Origin: Nitrosarchaeum sp.
Lineage (GTDB): Archaea; Thermoproteota; Nitrososphaeria; Nitrososphaerales; Nitrosopumilaceae
Assembly (NCBI GenBank): GCA_965223865.1
Contig: OZ245020.1
Span: forward strand, 1,600,001-1,664,000
Direction of reading: 5' to 3'
DNA length: 64,000 nt
Shown here: piece after piece, positions 6,988 through 18,200 of the stretch
Layout of the letters: each line of letters starts with the position of its first letter
Numbering within the stretch: position 1 is the stretch's first letter
The notes under the pieces: generated by a model
Told to the model about the DNA's origin: nothing
The model's database searches: none
Seen by the model: only the letters and a program-made list of their open reading frames with translations
Position numbers and translations under genes: made by a program

Positions 6988-9522
6988 ATGAAATATGGAT
7001 TTTTTCTTGTCATGTTGTTAATTTTTGGGACCTTTCTCATGCCACTCAACACCATGCAAAGCTCGTATGGAGATTCAGTACTGTTGTATACGGTTAATCA
7101 AGTAGCTGGAAGTGGGGATGTCAACACTGATACCCTGAGAAAAGAGAGATGCTTTGTTCATGTTCAGATTGATGTGTATTCAGCACATCATGGACCATAC
7201 CATAGGAACAATCCTGACAAGACATTCTATCCGGGAGACGCATTTGAATATAGAACCACAGCTTGGAAGGATGGTTGTGGCAGCTTTTGGCAGCCATGTC
7301 CCATACAATCAACTCCAAACAATACTGTTCCAAACGGCCCTAACTGCATCAAGGGAGTCACATATGGCGGTGCATCGGATTCTGGAACGGGAGTGATAAC
7401 ACCAAGCTATACTGCAGGTTCGGTGTCCTTGTCAAAAAGGGCAATGGCAGAGCAGTATGTCTGTCACAAAGGCGATTCTGGATGGAGCTGCAGCTGGAAT
7501 ACCGTGTCTGCAAGCGCAACACAGGCAGTGCCTATGAGGCTGCCAAATATGACAGTAGACATGTGGACGGTAGGTGAAGAGTTTACTGAAAGTGCAGGAT
7601 ACACATCAAGGAATCTTGATGAGTCATATTATGTGTGGGATGCAATCAACGTGGTTCACAATCCAATATACCCCTTCAAAAACGATAGGGTTGGAACAAT
7701 CTTTGTGGAGTATGAAAAGATTCATGATCCACTTGTACTAGAAGACGAGTTCTTTTGTGATGCATCTCTTTGTGTCAATACCATGGAGATACCCGGTTTC
7801 TTGCCATGGACTGGAACATTTGATTATGGCGGCGGCAACACAGTGTACAATGCCACATCATTAGAGAACATTGGAGAACATGAGATAAAGTACATTGCAA
7901 GACTGTACAATATCATTCCGCAGATAGACGAGTTTACACAGACCATTGATGAGTTGGTAGTGGAGTATGAACCAGTATACGAGAGTTATGTGTATCCTGT
8001 TTTGTCTGATGACAGAAAGGTTGCATTTGATGACAGGATAGGATATGCGTTACACTATTTTGGAAACGAGAGCACTGATGCAAACCCTGATGATGAGATT
8101 GGCATCCACGAGGACCGTCGTTCCAAGATTAATGATTATTTCTATTCGACTTGGGGTGCAGATCCTTGGGAGTTTGACTTTATTGATGGAACAGTTGGAA
8201 CATCAGACTATTCAGATGATATTCAGTTAACTTGGGATGAAGCCAATCATGTTGGAATAATAACAAACGAGATTCCTGTTGGAAGATCAATCGAGATAGA
8301 AGACGAATTGATACCAACTGAATTTCCTGGAATCATTCCATATGAGGTCGGAGAGCATGGTACTGCCAACTTTTTGAAGGCAGGGTACGGCAAGATAAAG
8401 TTCAGCTATGACGGGTTGCTGGATGTAGTCTTGGATCCAGTACTAAAAATTCCAAGATACGAAAATGCAACAGTGTTTAACGTTTTGGAATCTGCAAACT
8501 TTGCAGGACATGAGGTATCGTTTCTTACATTTGATGAATACATGTATCCAGAGTCTTTTTTTCACAATACGGTAAACGTGTTGGCAGTGAATTCAGATGG
8601 TATGCAGGATGACTCGATAAATCTTTCAATAACCATGATTCCAAGAGAAGAGATTGCAGGCACCACATACCTTGACCAGTATGTGCATGACAAGGTAATC
8701 TTTGATACTGATGATGACGGGTTTGCGCAGATAATAACAGGACTTGACATGGATGGGAATGATATTGTCATAGTAAATGGCCATGACATCTATCCTCTTG
8801 ATAATCTGACAATAGAGGGAACGGGAAGCATATCACTTGAAAAGACTAGGCGTGTACTATCATCATTTACACAATATGACACTACGATTGACCAGACATT
8901 TGATCCAAATGAGATAGTTGATGTGTCTGGCAAGTATCTGCTTGATACTGCAGATGGCATACTTCCAATTCCATTGACTACGGGACTTGATGCCTTGTCA
9001 CCATATGTCATATCAATTACCGCTGATAATGGTTCCATAGAACATACAAACGAGTTTGACCACATCTGGTATGATTTCTCAATTGACTATTCCTATCAGC
9101 TAAACATGGATGATTCCAATTTGCTAAACATGCAAAGGGATCCTGCAAACATGAAGGTGCTGAAATATTTTTATGATGAGAACTTTGGTGTGCTAGAATC
9201 GTTATCGATTAATAGTATATCATATGATGAACTGCCTGAATGCTTTGGTGTAAAGTCAAGTGGTGCATGTTACATTTCGGTACCACAAGACCAACAGCTA
9301 GCAGAACTGGAAATTATTGGAGTAAACATGTGGGGCGGAGAATCCAAAATCACATTACCCCCGATTACTCCTGAGCAACTCAGTCCCGTATCTCCAAACC
9401 CAATTAATTCCATATTCAATCTTACACTGTTTGACTTTGTGTCGATTCTTTTGGTGTTGATGATTGTAACGTACATTCTGTACAGAGCAGTCAGATGGTA
9501 TTTCAGAACGGTGCTCAAATAA
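6988..9522 (+). CDS. Large secreted, C-terminally membrane-anchored surface protein (candidate mating adhesin)
   Basis: N-terminal signal peptide, Cys-containing N-terminal region, acidic beta-rich body, C-terminal TM helix plus basic tail. Confidence 0.7.
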   Translation: MKYGFFLVMLLIFGTFLMPLNTMQSSYGDSVLLYTVNQVAGSGDVNTDTLRKERCFVHVQIDVYSAHHGPYHRNNPDKTFYPGDAFEYRTTAWKDGCGSFWQPCPIQSTPNNTVPNGPNCIKGVTYGGASDSGTGVITPSYTAGSVSLSKRAMAEQYVCHKGDSGWSCSWNTVSASATQAVPMRLPNMTVDMWTVGEEFTESAGYTSRNLDESYYVWDAINVVHNPIYPFKNDRVGTIFVEYEKIHDPLVLEDEFFCDASLCVNTMEIPGFLPWTGTFDYGGGNTVYNATSLENIGEHEIKYIARLYNIIPQIDEFTQTIDELVVEYEPVYESYVYPVLSDDRKVAFDDRIGYALHYFGNESTDANPDDEIGIHEDRRSKINDYFYSTWGADPWEFDFIDGTVGTSDYSDDIQLTWDEANHVGIITNEIPVGRSIEIEDELIPTEFPGIIPYEVGEHGTANFLKAGYGKIKFSYDGLLDVVLDPVLKIPRYENATVFNVLESANFAGHEVSFLTFDEYMYPESFFHNTVNVLAVNSDGMQDDSINLSITMIPREEIAGTTYLDQYVHDKVIFDTDDDGFAQIITGLDMDGNDIVIVNGHDIYPLDNLTIEGTGSISLEKTRRVLSSFTQYDTTIDQTFDPNEIVDVSGKYLLDTADGILPIPLTTGLDALSPYVISITADNGSIEHTNEFDHIWYDFSIDYSYQLNMDDSNLLNMQRDPANMKVLKYFYDENFGVLESLSINSISYDELPECFGVKSSGACYISVPQDQQLAELEIIGVNMWGGESKITLPPITPEQLSPVSPNPINSIFNLTLFDFVSILLVLMIVTYILYRAVRWYFRTVLK

Positions 9523-9559
9523 GACATTGGTTCTTTTATGGAAATCATCTTTAGTTTTT

Positions 9560-9751
9560 GTGGCAAAACAGATCAGATTGCAATACAGGACATATCTTGG
9601 TGCAGATAACACTACAAAATACATTCAGTACAGAATCAACCTACCTGAGAAAATAATTAAAAAAATAGGATGGGAAAAAGAAGATCATATCACAGTATCA
9701 GTTGAATCAAGAAACGGCAAAAAGATGATATCGCTAAAAATCAAAGACTAG
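9560..9751 (+). CDS. AbrB/MazE-like DNA-binding protein
   Basis: QYRINLPEKIIKKIGWEKEDHITVSVE; GTG 9560 is 26 bp after the ttcTTTTATGGAAA box. Confidence 0.7.
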   Translation: MAKQIRLQYRTYLGADNTTKYIQYRINLPEKIIKKIGWEKEDHITVSVESRNGKKMISLKIKD

Positions 9752-9764
9752 AAGTTGCTGTTAG

Positions 9765-9785
9765 TTCTTGCCTTTTATGCAAACC
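9765..9785 (+). promoter_or_regulatory. Representative ICE promoter (pyrimidine-rich BRE + TTTTATGCAAA)
   Basis: ttcttgccTTTTATGCAAA, T-run 27 bp before GTG 9800; the same motif precedes about 12 ICE genes. Confidence 0.75.
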
Positions 9786-9799
9786 AGACATAGTTTTCT

Positions 9800-11212
9800 G
9801 TGAAATACCTGACCGTGTTTGCAATAATAATGATTGGCCTGATGATGGCCATTCCAAATTCTTTTGCGTTGTTGCCACCTCATCCTAGTGCAGACTATAA
9901 CGAACAAGTCTCATGGCAGCAAGATCGCATGTGGCATCTTGGAAAGAATCTCTCAGCTGGGAATTCTTACACCTACAAGATCTGTGATCCCAAAACAATA
10001 CAGACTTCTGCTGCAAACTATCACTACTTTACCCAGGGAAACGAGAATCACAATTCCAGTGTTTGCTATATGATAAAGATGGACTTTGTCAATCTGCTAA
10101 CCTCTGATGAAAACCAGATTAATAGTGATGTCTGGGTGGTACAGGCAGCAATTAGTGATTTTGCAGCAAATAAAGACGTCAGATATTCCGTGTTTCATGT
10201 TGATTCACAAACTTTTGAAGTGAATTCAGCTGATACCATTCATCCAGACACCATAAAATATGCTGATTCGCTGCAAAAAACCCTGTTTTCACTTTTCAAG
10301 TATACTGCACCTGAGCCACAACTATTGCAGATTGAAACAGAATGGGGCGAGGTAACTGAAGCACTGCGTGAAAGAGGATACAACCCACACATGGTAGTGT
10401 TTGACGATAACCAGGAATATTCTGTGACTCAGAACAACATACGCATGATTGACAAACAAAACACTCCAGTTACAAGAAATATTTCAGATGCGTTCAAGGT
10501 AGGATATGAGATTGACATTTTTGATCCGCTCATCATATCTCAGGACAAGAAAACGAAAATTGTAGAGGAAGACAACAACAACGTGACAAGTTATTTTTTG
10601 ATATCATCTGACTTGCCATTTCCATTATCTGCTATATCTTACAGTCCAGTGCACATAGTGCAGCCCCAAAAACAATACGAGTTTGAATTAGTGGAATTTC
10701 TTGCAAACAACAAAAATGTGGACATTGGAATAAAACCTGTTTTTGAGAAACCAGAAGAAATTGTTATTCCTGAAATACCAATTGAGACTGGCACAATTGC
10801 ATTAACTTTTCCAGAAGACAGTGTTCCAGATGATACAGGTATTGTTGTTGACGATGTAGTTGTTGACGATGTAGTTGTTGACGATGTAGTTCCTGATGGT
10901 GATGTAGTTACAGATGACATTGTTACAGATAACGATAGTGTTGCTGTTGACGATGTAGTTCCTGATGGTGATGGCATTGCTGATCCTACTCCATCTGAGG
11001 ATATTGACCATTCCAAGATTGCAGGACTAGTGGTGTTACTGGTTGTAATGATTGCAGTTTTTGTAGTCTTTAAGAAATTCAAGGAATCTGGATTCAAGAC
11101 CGGACTCAAAAATACAATAAAGAAAAAACGACAACAGCATACAACAAAACAGATTGTTCAGTTTGATGACAAACTGCACATTGACATCAAGACCATTACT
11201 GATGTCAACTAG
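9800..11212 (+). CDS. Secreted membrane-anchored protein with acidic VVDD repeat stalk
   Basis: Signal peptide, VVDDV repeats, TM helix IAGLVVLLVVMIAVFVVF, basic cytoplasmic tail. Confidence 0.7.
   Translation: MKYLTVFAIIMIGLMMAIPNSFALLPPHPSADYNEQVSWQQDRMWHLGKNLSAGNSYTYKICDPKTIQTSAANYHYFTQGNENHNSSVCYMIKMDFVNLLTSDENQINSDVWVVQAAISDFAANKDVRYSVFHVDSQTFEVNSADTIHPDTIKYADSLQKTLFSLFKYTAPEPQLLQIETEWGEVTEALRERGYNPHMVVFDDNQEYSVTQNNIRMIDKQNTPVTRNISDAFKVGYEIDIFDPLIISQDKKTKIVEEDNNNVTSYFLISSDLPFPLSAISYSPVHIVQPQKQYEFELVEFLANNKNVDIGIKPVFEKPEEIVIPEIPIETGTIALTFPEDSVPDDTGIVVDDVVVDDVVVDDVVPDGDVVTDDIVTDNDSVAVDDVVPDGDGIADPTPSEDIDHSKIAGLVVLLVVMIAVFVVFKKFKESGFKTGLKNTIKKKRQQHTTKQIVQFDDKLHIDIKTITDVN
10844..10888 (+). 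repeat. Coding tandem repeat, 3 x 15 bp (gttgttgacgatgta)
   Basis: Direct reading; the extended unit gttgacgatgtagttcctgatggtgat recurs near 10946. Confidence 0.85.
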
Positions 11213-11260
11213 GCTCTTGAGCAATCCTCCCTTTTATACAAATGACACATCATATCTCAG

Positions 11261-12118
11261 ATGAGCACCAGAAACATCGATTTGGTAACATTTGAAAATG
11301 ACTCGGTACTTAATCAAAAATCGATTTCACTTCCCATAGGAAAGGTATCAATCAGGCAGACTGCCATACTGTTCTCAGGAATATTGGTGACATTTCTTGT
11401 CTTTATGACCACTGACAATGTAATAGTGGCCGGTTTGATCTTTGCAGTATTTTTAGGGTTGGGGTTGATTGGATCCAGAGTAATGGCTGCAGACCAGATG
11501 ATAAAGAACCACCTGATGCTTTTGATAAGAGGAACCTCACTTGATGTCAAGCACGAATACATTGAAAAGAAAAAGAAAAAACAATCACAACAAACTGATA
11601 ATAATGTCATACTCAATTCAAAACAAGAAAAAGAATTGCAAAAAAACAACAATGGATTGGTAAACCAGGCTCTCTCAGAGATAGAGTCATTACTATTCAA
11701 GAAAAAAGACATACAGCAAAAAGAACAGTATGAAAGTGATGAACTACAAGAGAAAGATACACAAAAATCTTCAGAAGACAAGAGATTCTCAAGTACAATA
11801 GAACTCACTGATCAAAACATTCTCAATGTCTCACTTTACAAAAAAACAAAACGGAACCAAAACTATGATGATAGCAATAATCCAGTAGAAAAGATGCTAA
11901 TGAGCCTTTCAAAAAAACAGACTTTAACAGAATTATCCAAAGAAAAGATCACAGAACATGTCATTATAACGCTTGACGGGAAAGAACTAGAACAAACCCA
12001 ATATGCAATAAAATCCAATAATGTCATTTCACTTGTATTAGAGAACAATCATGGTGTGGCCTATCAAATCAGTGCAACTGCAGATGATGATGATAATGAA
12101 CATACAGTAACAGTCTAG
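11261..12118 (+). CDS. PrgI/VirB3-like conjugation membrane protein
   Basis: IGKVSIRQ followed by two TM helices resembles the PrgI GLTxRQ motif; lies upstream of virB4. Confidence 0.5.
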   Translation: MSTRNIDLVTFENDSVLNQKSISLPIGKVSIRQTAILFSGILVTFLVFMTTDNVIVAGLIFAVFLGLGLIGSRVMAADQMIKNHLMLLIRGTSLDVKHEYIEKKKKKQSQQTDNNVILNSKQEKELQKNNNGLVNQALSEIESLLFKKKDIQQKEQYESDELQEKDTQKSSEDKRFSSTIELTDQNILNVSLYKKTKRNQNYDDSNNPVEKMLMSLSKKQTLTELSKEKITEHVIITLDGKELEQTQYAIKSNNVISLVLENNHGVAYQISATADDDDNEHTVTV

Positions 12119-12167
12119 GATAAACCACTGTGTCTTCTCCTTTTAAACAAACCAGAATAACTATTCA

Positions 12168-12536
12168 ATGATTAGAAAAAAGGACGGTGAGCTGAAAGAA
12201 GGCGAATCCATTGGCGGTTTTTTCATAAAGCTGGTAGTGGCCCTTGTGGCAGTAATCATCGTTGCAACCATTGTACCTGACGTGCTTGGTGTGAACGTAC
12301 AAGAGCTCTGTATCGTAGATGGCAGCATCTTGGGCGGAATCACTGCAAACCATTGTGGTGATGCTTCTGTGTTCCTGACTGATGCAGTCAAGACCATAAT
12401 TGGAGACGGCTATAGCTTCTTGCTTGTGGGAATTGCACTTGCATTCATAGGCATTGGCGCCTACAAGGGAGTCACCTACAAGGTTCTACCTCCATTGCCA
12501 CTAGGCTCTGCAAGAGCAAAAGGCGCAATAGTATAA
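12168..12536 (+). CDS. Pilin-like (VirB2/TrbC-type) two-TM protein
   Basis: 122 aa, two Gly/Ala-rich hydrophobic helices with a Cys-Cys loop between them; T4SS context. Confidence 0.5.
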   Translation: MIRKKDGELKEGESIGGFFIKLVVALVAVIIVATIVPDVLGVNVQELCIVDGSILGGITANHCGDASVFLTDAVKTIIGDGYSFLLVGIALAFIGIGAYKGVTYKVLPPLPLGSARAKGAIV

Positions 12537-12548
12537 GAAAACGACAAA

Positions 12549-13022
12549 ATGAACAACAAAACAGACTTCAAGAAAAAACAGAGAATTCTTCCAGTCTTGT
12601 TTTATTCACTTTTGTTTTCTCCTCTCTTTTTTTATTTATTATTTTTTGACAGACCTGAACTGCATTTTTGGGGAATTGTGATGCCCTTGTATGGTTTCTG
12701 GGTTGTCATGATGTCACTTGACATGAAAATCACACTGTCCTTAAAACAGTTGATTTTGCAGTACGAGGCAAATCCGATATTTAGAGTTCTGTATGCAAAG
12801 TACAGAACATCGGTTACAGTGATGATCCAGTTACTAATTGAGTCAGCATTCATTTTTGTTCTGCCATCTCTAATGTTTCCAAGGGATTTTGGGGTGAAAC
12901 TATTTTTTGACTATCAATCAAGTGCGATATTTGCAGGAATTGTTGGTGTCTTTCATTTGGTTGCATGGCGTAATAACAGAAAAAACATCAAAGAAATTCT
13001 AGAGAGTCAAAAATATCAGTGA
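12549..13022 (+). CDS. Membrane protein with EANP motif (DUF5658-like)
   Basis: About 4 TM helices, D...T...YEANPIFR. Confidence 0.5.
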   Translation: MNNKTDFKKKQRILPVLFYSLLFSPLFFYLLFFDRPELHFWGIVMPLYGFWVVMMSLDMKITLSLKQLILQYEANPIFRVLYAKYRTSVTVMIQLLIESAFIFVLPSLMFPRDFGVKLFFDYQSSAIFAGIVGVFHLVAWRNNRKNIKEILESQKYQ

Positions 13023-13069
13023 TTGCAATGCTAATAGTTGCCTTTTATGTAAATGATTCATCATGAATC

Positions 13070-15025
13070 GTGAAATTAAATCCATTTGCAGACAAACAAT
13101 CTGTCAAGAAAAACTCTGAAAAAAATAATCCAAATAAAAAACAACACATACCATCATCAAAGAAAAAATCATCCCCCCACAAGTTTGCATTCAGTTACAG
13201 CATAATCCCTACAAACTTTATCAATCTGTCAGAAGAGGCCCAGATACAAAGACTTGGACAATTCTTTGACATTCTCAATGTTATTGATGACCGTATCAAA
13301 ATCACAATGTCAAGGAGGATGGTGCCAATTACAGTGGAAGGACAAATTCAGAATATGCCTGTAATGCAGGTGCACCTTGAATCACATACCCCAATTGCCG
13401 ATACCTTGGAGCAAAACAGGCTAGAGTACATCTCAGGTATTACCCCTCCACAATTTCAGATAAAAAAAGAGCATTTCTCCATGATGGAACTTGTTGAGAT
13501 GATTCCAGATGAGACAAACAGTGATGACGACAATGCCAACACTGGAGAGAAAATATTCTCAAGAACATTTACGCTTGATGGAATCCCTGCTACTCTGCCT
13601 TATGCATGGATAACCAAAGTCTTTGACATCTGCTCTCAGATACAAATGTGGTACAATCCGCTTGACAAAGACGAGGCAATAATCAGGATGGTCCGATTCA
13701 AAAACATCATCTATGACGATGCAAAATCCAACAGGGCAACATCGGAGTTATTCAAGAGAGCAGATAATGCTGAAAACTCTTTGAGAAAAGACACAACACG
13801 ACTCTATGAGGTTATCGTAAACTGCACTGTAATTGGACAAGACAGGAAATCACTCAAGGAAAACTGCAAGACATTCAAGAAACACCTCAAGAGGTATGGC
13901 GGGCATTTTAGTGCAATTTCTGCCAAACAAGCAAGCATGCTGTATGAAGGATTTGGAAAAAAGATAACTTTTGACCGTGGCTCCTGTGCAATCTTGTATT
14001 CGTTTGCATCAGCTGACATGCTAGAGATTCCTGATGGCATCCCATTGGGAATCAACATGGACTCCAAGGGTCCGATAATATTTGACATTGGAAAACGCAC
14101 CAACTACAACATTGCAGTGATTGGCAAGTCAGGTTCAGGAAAGTCATTTACTGTCAAGATTTTGCTGAATCGTTTGTTGCAAAGGTTTCCTGATTCACAT
14201 GTTTATGTGATAGACCCAATGGGGGAATACTCCAAGATTGCTGACTTTTTTGGAATGGATGTACTGTATCTCAAGGATGAAAAAGATCAGCTTGGTTTGG
14301 ATCCGTTTGTTTTGCTGGAACCATTGGATGCAGCAGACATCTTATCTGAGATTACAAACGCGCCTGATGATGTAAAGAGACAGTTCCAGACATACTGTGG
14401 AAAGGCCAGAACCTTTGAGGAATTCTTTGAAATGATTCCAAAAAAATACAAGGACAGCCTTATCAATCTGAAGAAAGGTCCACTGTCTAGAATAATTCTG
14501 GGCAAACCAAAACTAAACTCTCAGAAAAAAGTGATAATGTCAATGGAAGGGGCAACAGGATCTGAGACAGAACAGATGATTTTGTTGTTACTGTTAAACA
14601 AAATATTCAAGATTTGCAACGACTTGCCTGCAAGGACAAGAAAGATTGTCTTGATAGATGAGGCCTGGATGCTGCTGCGAATGAGGAATGCTGCAAAGTA
14701 TGTCAACATGATTGTTCGCATGGGACGGAAACTGAACATCACCTTTGGATTCATCTCCCAAAGACTGGAGGACATCTCAAAGGAAGATGACTCTGGAATT
14801 GGCAAAATCATTGACAACATGGAGACCAAAATCATCTTGGGTCTAGAGGAACAAGCAGCAGAGACTGCAAGAAATGTCTTGAGATTGTCTGATTCTGAGA
14901 CAAACAAAATCCGTGCATTTAATGCAGGACATGCGTTGTTTCTCACAAAGAACCATAGGATTCACGCAAAGTTTATGCCAACGACACAGGAAAAAGAGAT
15001 GTTTGATACAAGACCGTTGGAATAG
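13070..15025 (+). CDS. VirB4/TrbE-like conjugation ATPase
   Basis: GIPLG, NYNIAVIGKSGSGKSF (Walker A), VIDPMGEY, LIDEAW (Walker B), RMGRK...ISQ. Confidence 0.88.
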   Translation: MKLNPFADKQSVKKNSEKNNPNKKQHIPSSKKKSSPHKFAFSYSIIPTNFINLSEEAQIQRLGQFFDILNVIDDRIKITMSRRMVPITVEGQIQNMPVMQVHLESHTPIADTLEQNRLEYISGITPPQFQIKKEHFSMMELVEMIPDETNSDDDNANTGEKIFSRTFTLDGIPATLPYAWITKVFDICSQIQMWYNPLDKDEAIIRMVRFKNIIYDDAKSNRATSELFKRADNAENSLRKDTTRLYEVIVNCTVIGQDRKSLKENCKTFKKHLKRYGGHFSAISAKQASMLYEGFGKKITFDRGSCAILYSFASADMLEIPDGIPLGINMDSKGPIIFDIGKRTNYNIAVIGKSGSGKSFTVKILLNRLLQRFPDSHVYVIDPMGEYSKIADFFGMDVLYLKDEKDQLGLDPFVLLEPLDAADILSEITNAPDDVKRQFQTYCGKARTFEEFFEMIPKKYKDSLINLKKGPLSRIILGKPKLNSQKKVIMSMEGATGSETEQMILLLLLNKIFKICNDLPARTRKIVLIDEAWMLLRMRNAAKYVNMIVRMGRKLNITFGFISQRLEDISKEDDSGIGKIIDNMETKIILGLEEQAAETARNVLRLSDSETNKIRAFNAGHALFLTKNHRIHAKFMPTTQEKEMFDTRPLE

Positions 15026-15200
15026 ACAGTATTTTCTTCTTCCTCTCAATTAATATTTTGGATTTTCACTGTTTTTGATTTGTTTTGGAATTTCACTTGC
15101 AATAGTGAAAGATATTTGAAAAAATGCTGGATGGGGCATTAGACAGGATTGAAAGACTTGAAAATTATAAGAGTAGTACTATATACCACACAGACAATTT

Positions 15201-18200
15201 TTGATTGTGAAGGTTTTAGAACTTTTAGAAGAGGAACTTCCAAAGTATATTGAAGAAGTAAAACTAAAACATTCTGAAAATGCCAAAGCAGTTGCATTTT
15301 CATCTTTCATTCAGAAAGTTTTTGATATTGAGTCTAAAGATCTAGATTTTGAAGTTCCAATTAAAACTGAAGTATTAGAAATGAGAGGTAGAATTGATGC
15401 AGTATTTGGAAATTTAATAATTGAATTTAAGAAAGATTTGTTAAAAAGCCTGGAAGAAGCAAAAGATGAATTAGAAAAATATTTTCAAGCGTTTAAAGAA
15501 AGATATTCAGATGCAAATTATCTTGGAATAGCTAACGATGGTATTAGATTTCAAGTATACCAACCGATTTTTGAAGATAAAAAAATTAAAGAAATTGAGA
15601 AAATTGATGAAATAAATTTAGAAAACAGTTCACCTAGAGATGTTTTTTTATGGTTCGATTCTTATTTTTTTACTTCTGAAAAAATAATTCCTACTTCAGA
15701 TGATCTAAAAAAAAGATTCGGATTAGATAGTCCTACATTTTCAGCAATGAGAAGACAGTTAGAAGAATTATTTAACAAAGTTTTCGAATACAGACCTGTT
15801 AAAGTAAAGTATGATAGTTGGGCTCGTTATTTAGAAATTGTTTATGGAGACAAACCAAATGAGAAAAAACTTTTTTTCAAACATACTTATCTCTCAACAT
15901 TTGTGAAATTACTTGTTCATATTAAATTAACAAAAAATTCTCAAAGGCAAAATCACTCAATTGTGCCTATTCTTTTTGGAGATACATTTACTCAATATGG
16001 AATTAATAATTTTCTCGAGGAAGATTTTTTTACTTGGATAATGTTTGTGACTATTCGTAAACAAGCAAGTAAGATTTTTGAAAAATTACTTGACGAGCTT
16101 TATGTTTATGATTTAGACAAGATTGATGAGGATGTTTTAAAAGAACTTTATCAAGAGTTGGTTGATCCCGATGTAAGAAAGCTTTTGGGTGAATTTTACA
16201 CGCCTGATTGGCTTGCGGAGAAAATGATCGATGAATCTCTGCAAAAAAATCCTTTGTCAAGTGTAATGGATCCTTCATGTGGTTCAGGGACTTTTTTGTT
16301 TAAAACCATTAGATACAAAATAGATAGACTAAAAAAAGATAGATTATCCAATTCTGAAATTCTTAATCACATAGTTGAAAATGTGATTGGTTTTGACGTA
16401 CATCCATTAGCAGCTATTATTTCAAAAACTAATTATCTTCTAGCACTTCGTGATTTGTTATCTTCAAAAACAGGCTCCATAAGCATACCTGTTTTCTTAA
16501 GCGATTCTCTCAAGGTTCCAACTAAAAAAATGGATGTTGCACTGGGCGTTACATTATTCGAATATACTGCTTTAGATAAAAAATTTGTATTTCCAGTAGA
16601 TATTGCAAAAAATATGCAAAAAATGGATCAGGTGATTGATAGCTTACGAACTCATGGAATAGAATTTGAAAAAATCTATGATAGAAAATATGAATCTAGT
16701 TATGTAGACAATACTGTAATAGATGGAGCTTATGAAAATCTTGTCCAAAGTTTTAAGCGATCATTAGTGAAGGTTGTTAGTAAATCAGAATTAATAATTT
16801 TGGAACAAAATGTAAAAACTTTATTCGATCTTATAAAAGAAGAATCAAATTCAATTTGGACTTATGTTCTTCGAAATATGTACAAACCTATTGCAGTGTC
16901 TTATCGAAAGGTTGATCTCTTAATTGGAAATCCTCCATGGTTAGGATTAAACAATATGAAAAATGAGGAATATCAAGACTACCTAAGAGAACGTAGTAAA
17001 CATTATCTACTTACAGAAAAGAGAAAAAGTCAAAATATTTCTAACTTGAATCTTGCTACATTATTTTTTGTTCAATGTGTAGATCAATATTTGGATAATA
17101 AAGGAAAAATATCTTTTGTGATGCCTCAAGGAATTCTTTTTGCATCACAACATGCTAATTTTTTGAAATTTGAAAAAATTCCTATAAAATTAACTCAAAT
17201 TTATGATTTAGAAAAAGTTACTCCTCTTTTTAGAATATTATCATGCGTAATTTTTGGTACAAAAGGTTCAACAACGGAATATCCAATAACATCTTATGAT
17301 GTGAGCGGCAATTTACCGTCAAACAATTCCAATTTAGAAACAGCAAAGTCAGTATTAACATTCAAAAAACTAGAATATTCTCCTGTAGAAAGAAAGGAAG
17401 AAAAATCATTTTATTATGATAGATTTTCTCAAGGCGCCCAAATTATTCCTAGATGTTTCTGGTTTGTAGATCTCTTAAGTGATAGTTTTCTTGGTTTTAA
17501 CCCCGAAAAACCTCTTGTTGAATCATCTGAAAATAAAGATGCTAAGCATCCTTGGGATAAAATTAGGCTCAAAGGTAATGTGGAAAAACAATTTCTTTCT
17601 ACGTCAATTTTAAGTAAAGACGTTGTTCCATTTGGAAATCTACCTCGAAGAGTAATTGTTGTACCATTACTTATGGATGAACACAATGTCAAATTACTTG
17701 ATAATTCGCAACAAATTGAAATTAGTGGATTATCAATTTCAAAATATTTAGAAGATGCAGAAAAAAAATGGGAGAAAAATGCACCCGTAAAATCCAGAAA
17801 AAATATGACCATTTATGATAGAATTGATTATCAAAAAGATCTTTCTTCACAAAATCCTTTTCAGGGATACACGGTACTTTATGTGAAATCAGCAACTTAT
17901 CTTGCTAGTTGTGTTATAGAAAATAATGAAATCAGTTTAATCCCAGTTGGTGAAAATAGTTTAAAGATTAAAGGTTTTTTTGCTGAAGGAACAACATATT
18001 TCTTTACAACTGATTCTAAAGAGGAGGCATACTATCTTTGTTCTATTTTTAATTCAAAAACCCTAGACGAAAAAATTAAACCATTTCAAAGTAGAGGTAT
18101 GTTTGGCGGAGCAAGAGATATTCATAAGTTGCCTCTTTCATTTAATATCCTTAAATACGATTCTTCAAATAAAATCCACAAATTGCTGTCTGACGAAGGA

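Noticed and set aside
10844-10975. Short direct repeats considered as a CRISPR array
   Set aside because: In-frame 15-bp coding repeats with no unique spacers; no cas genes in the window.
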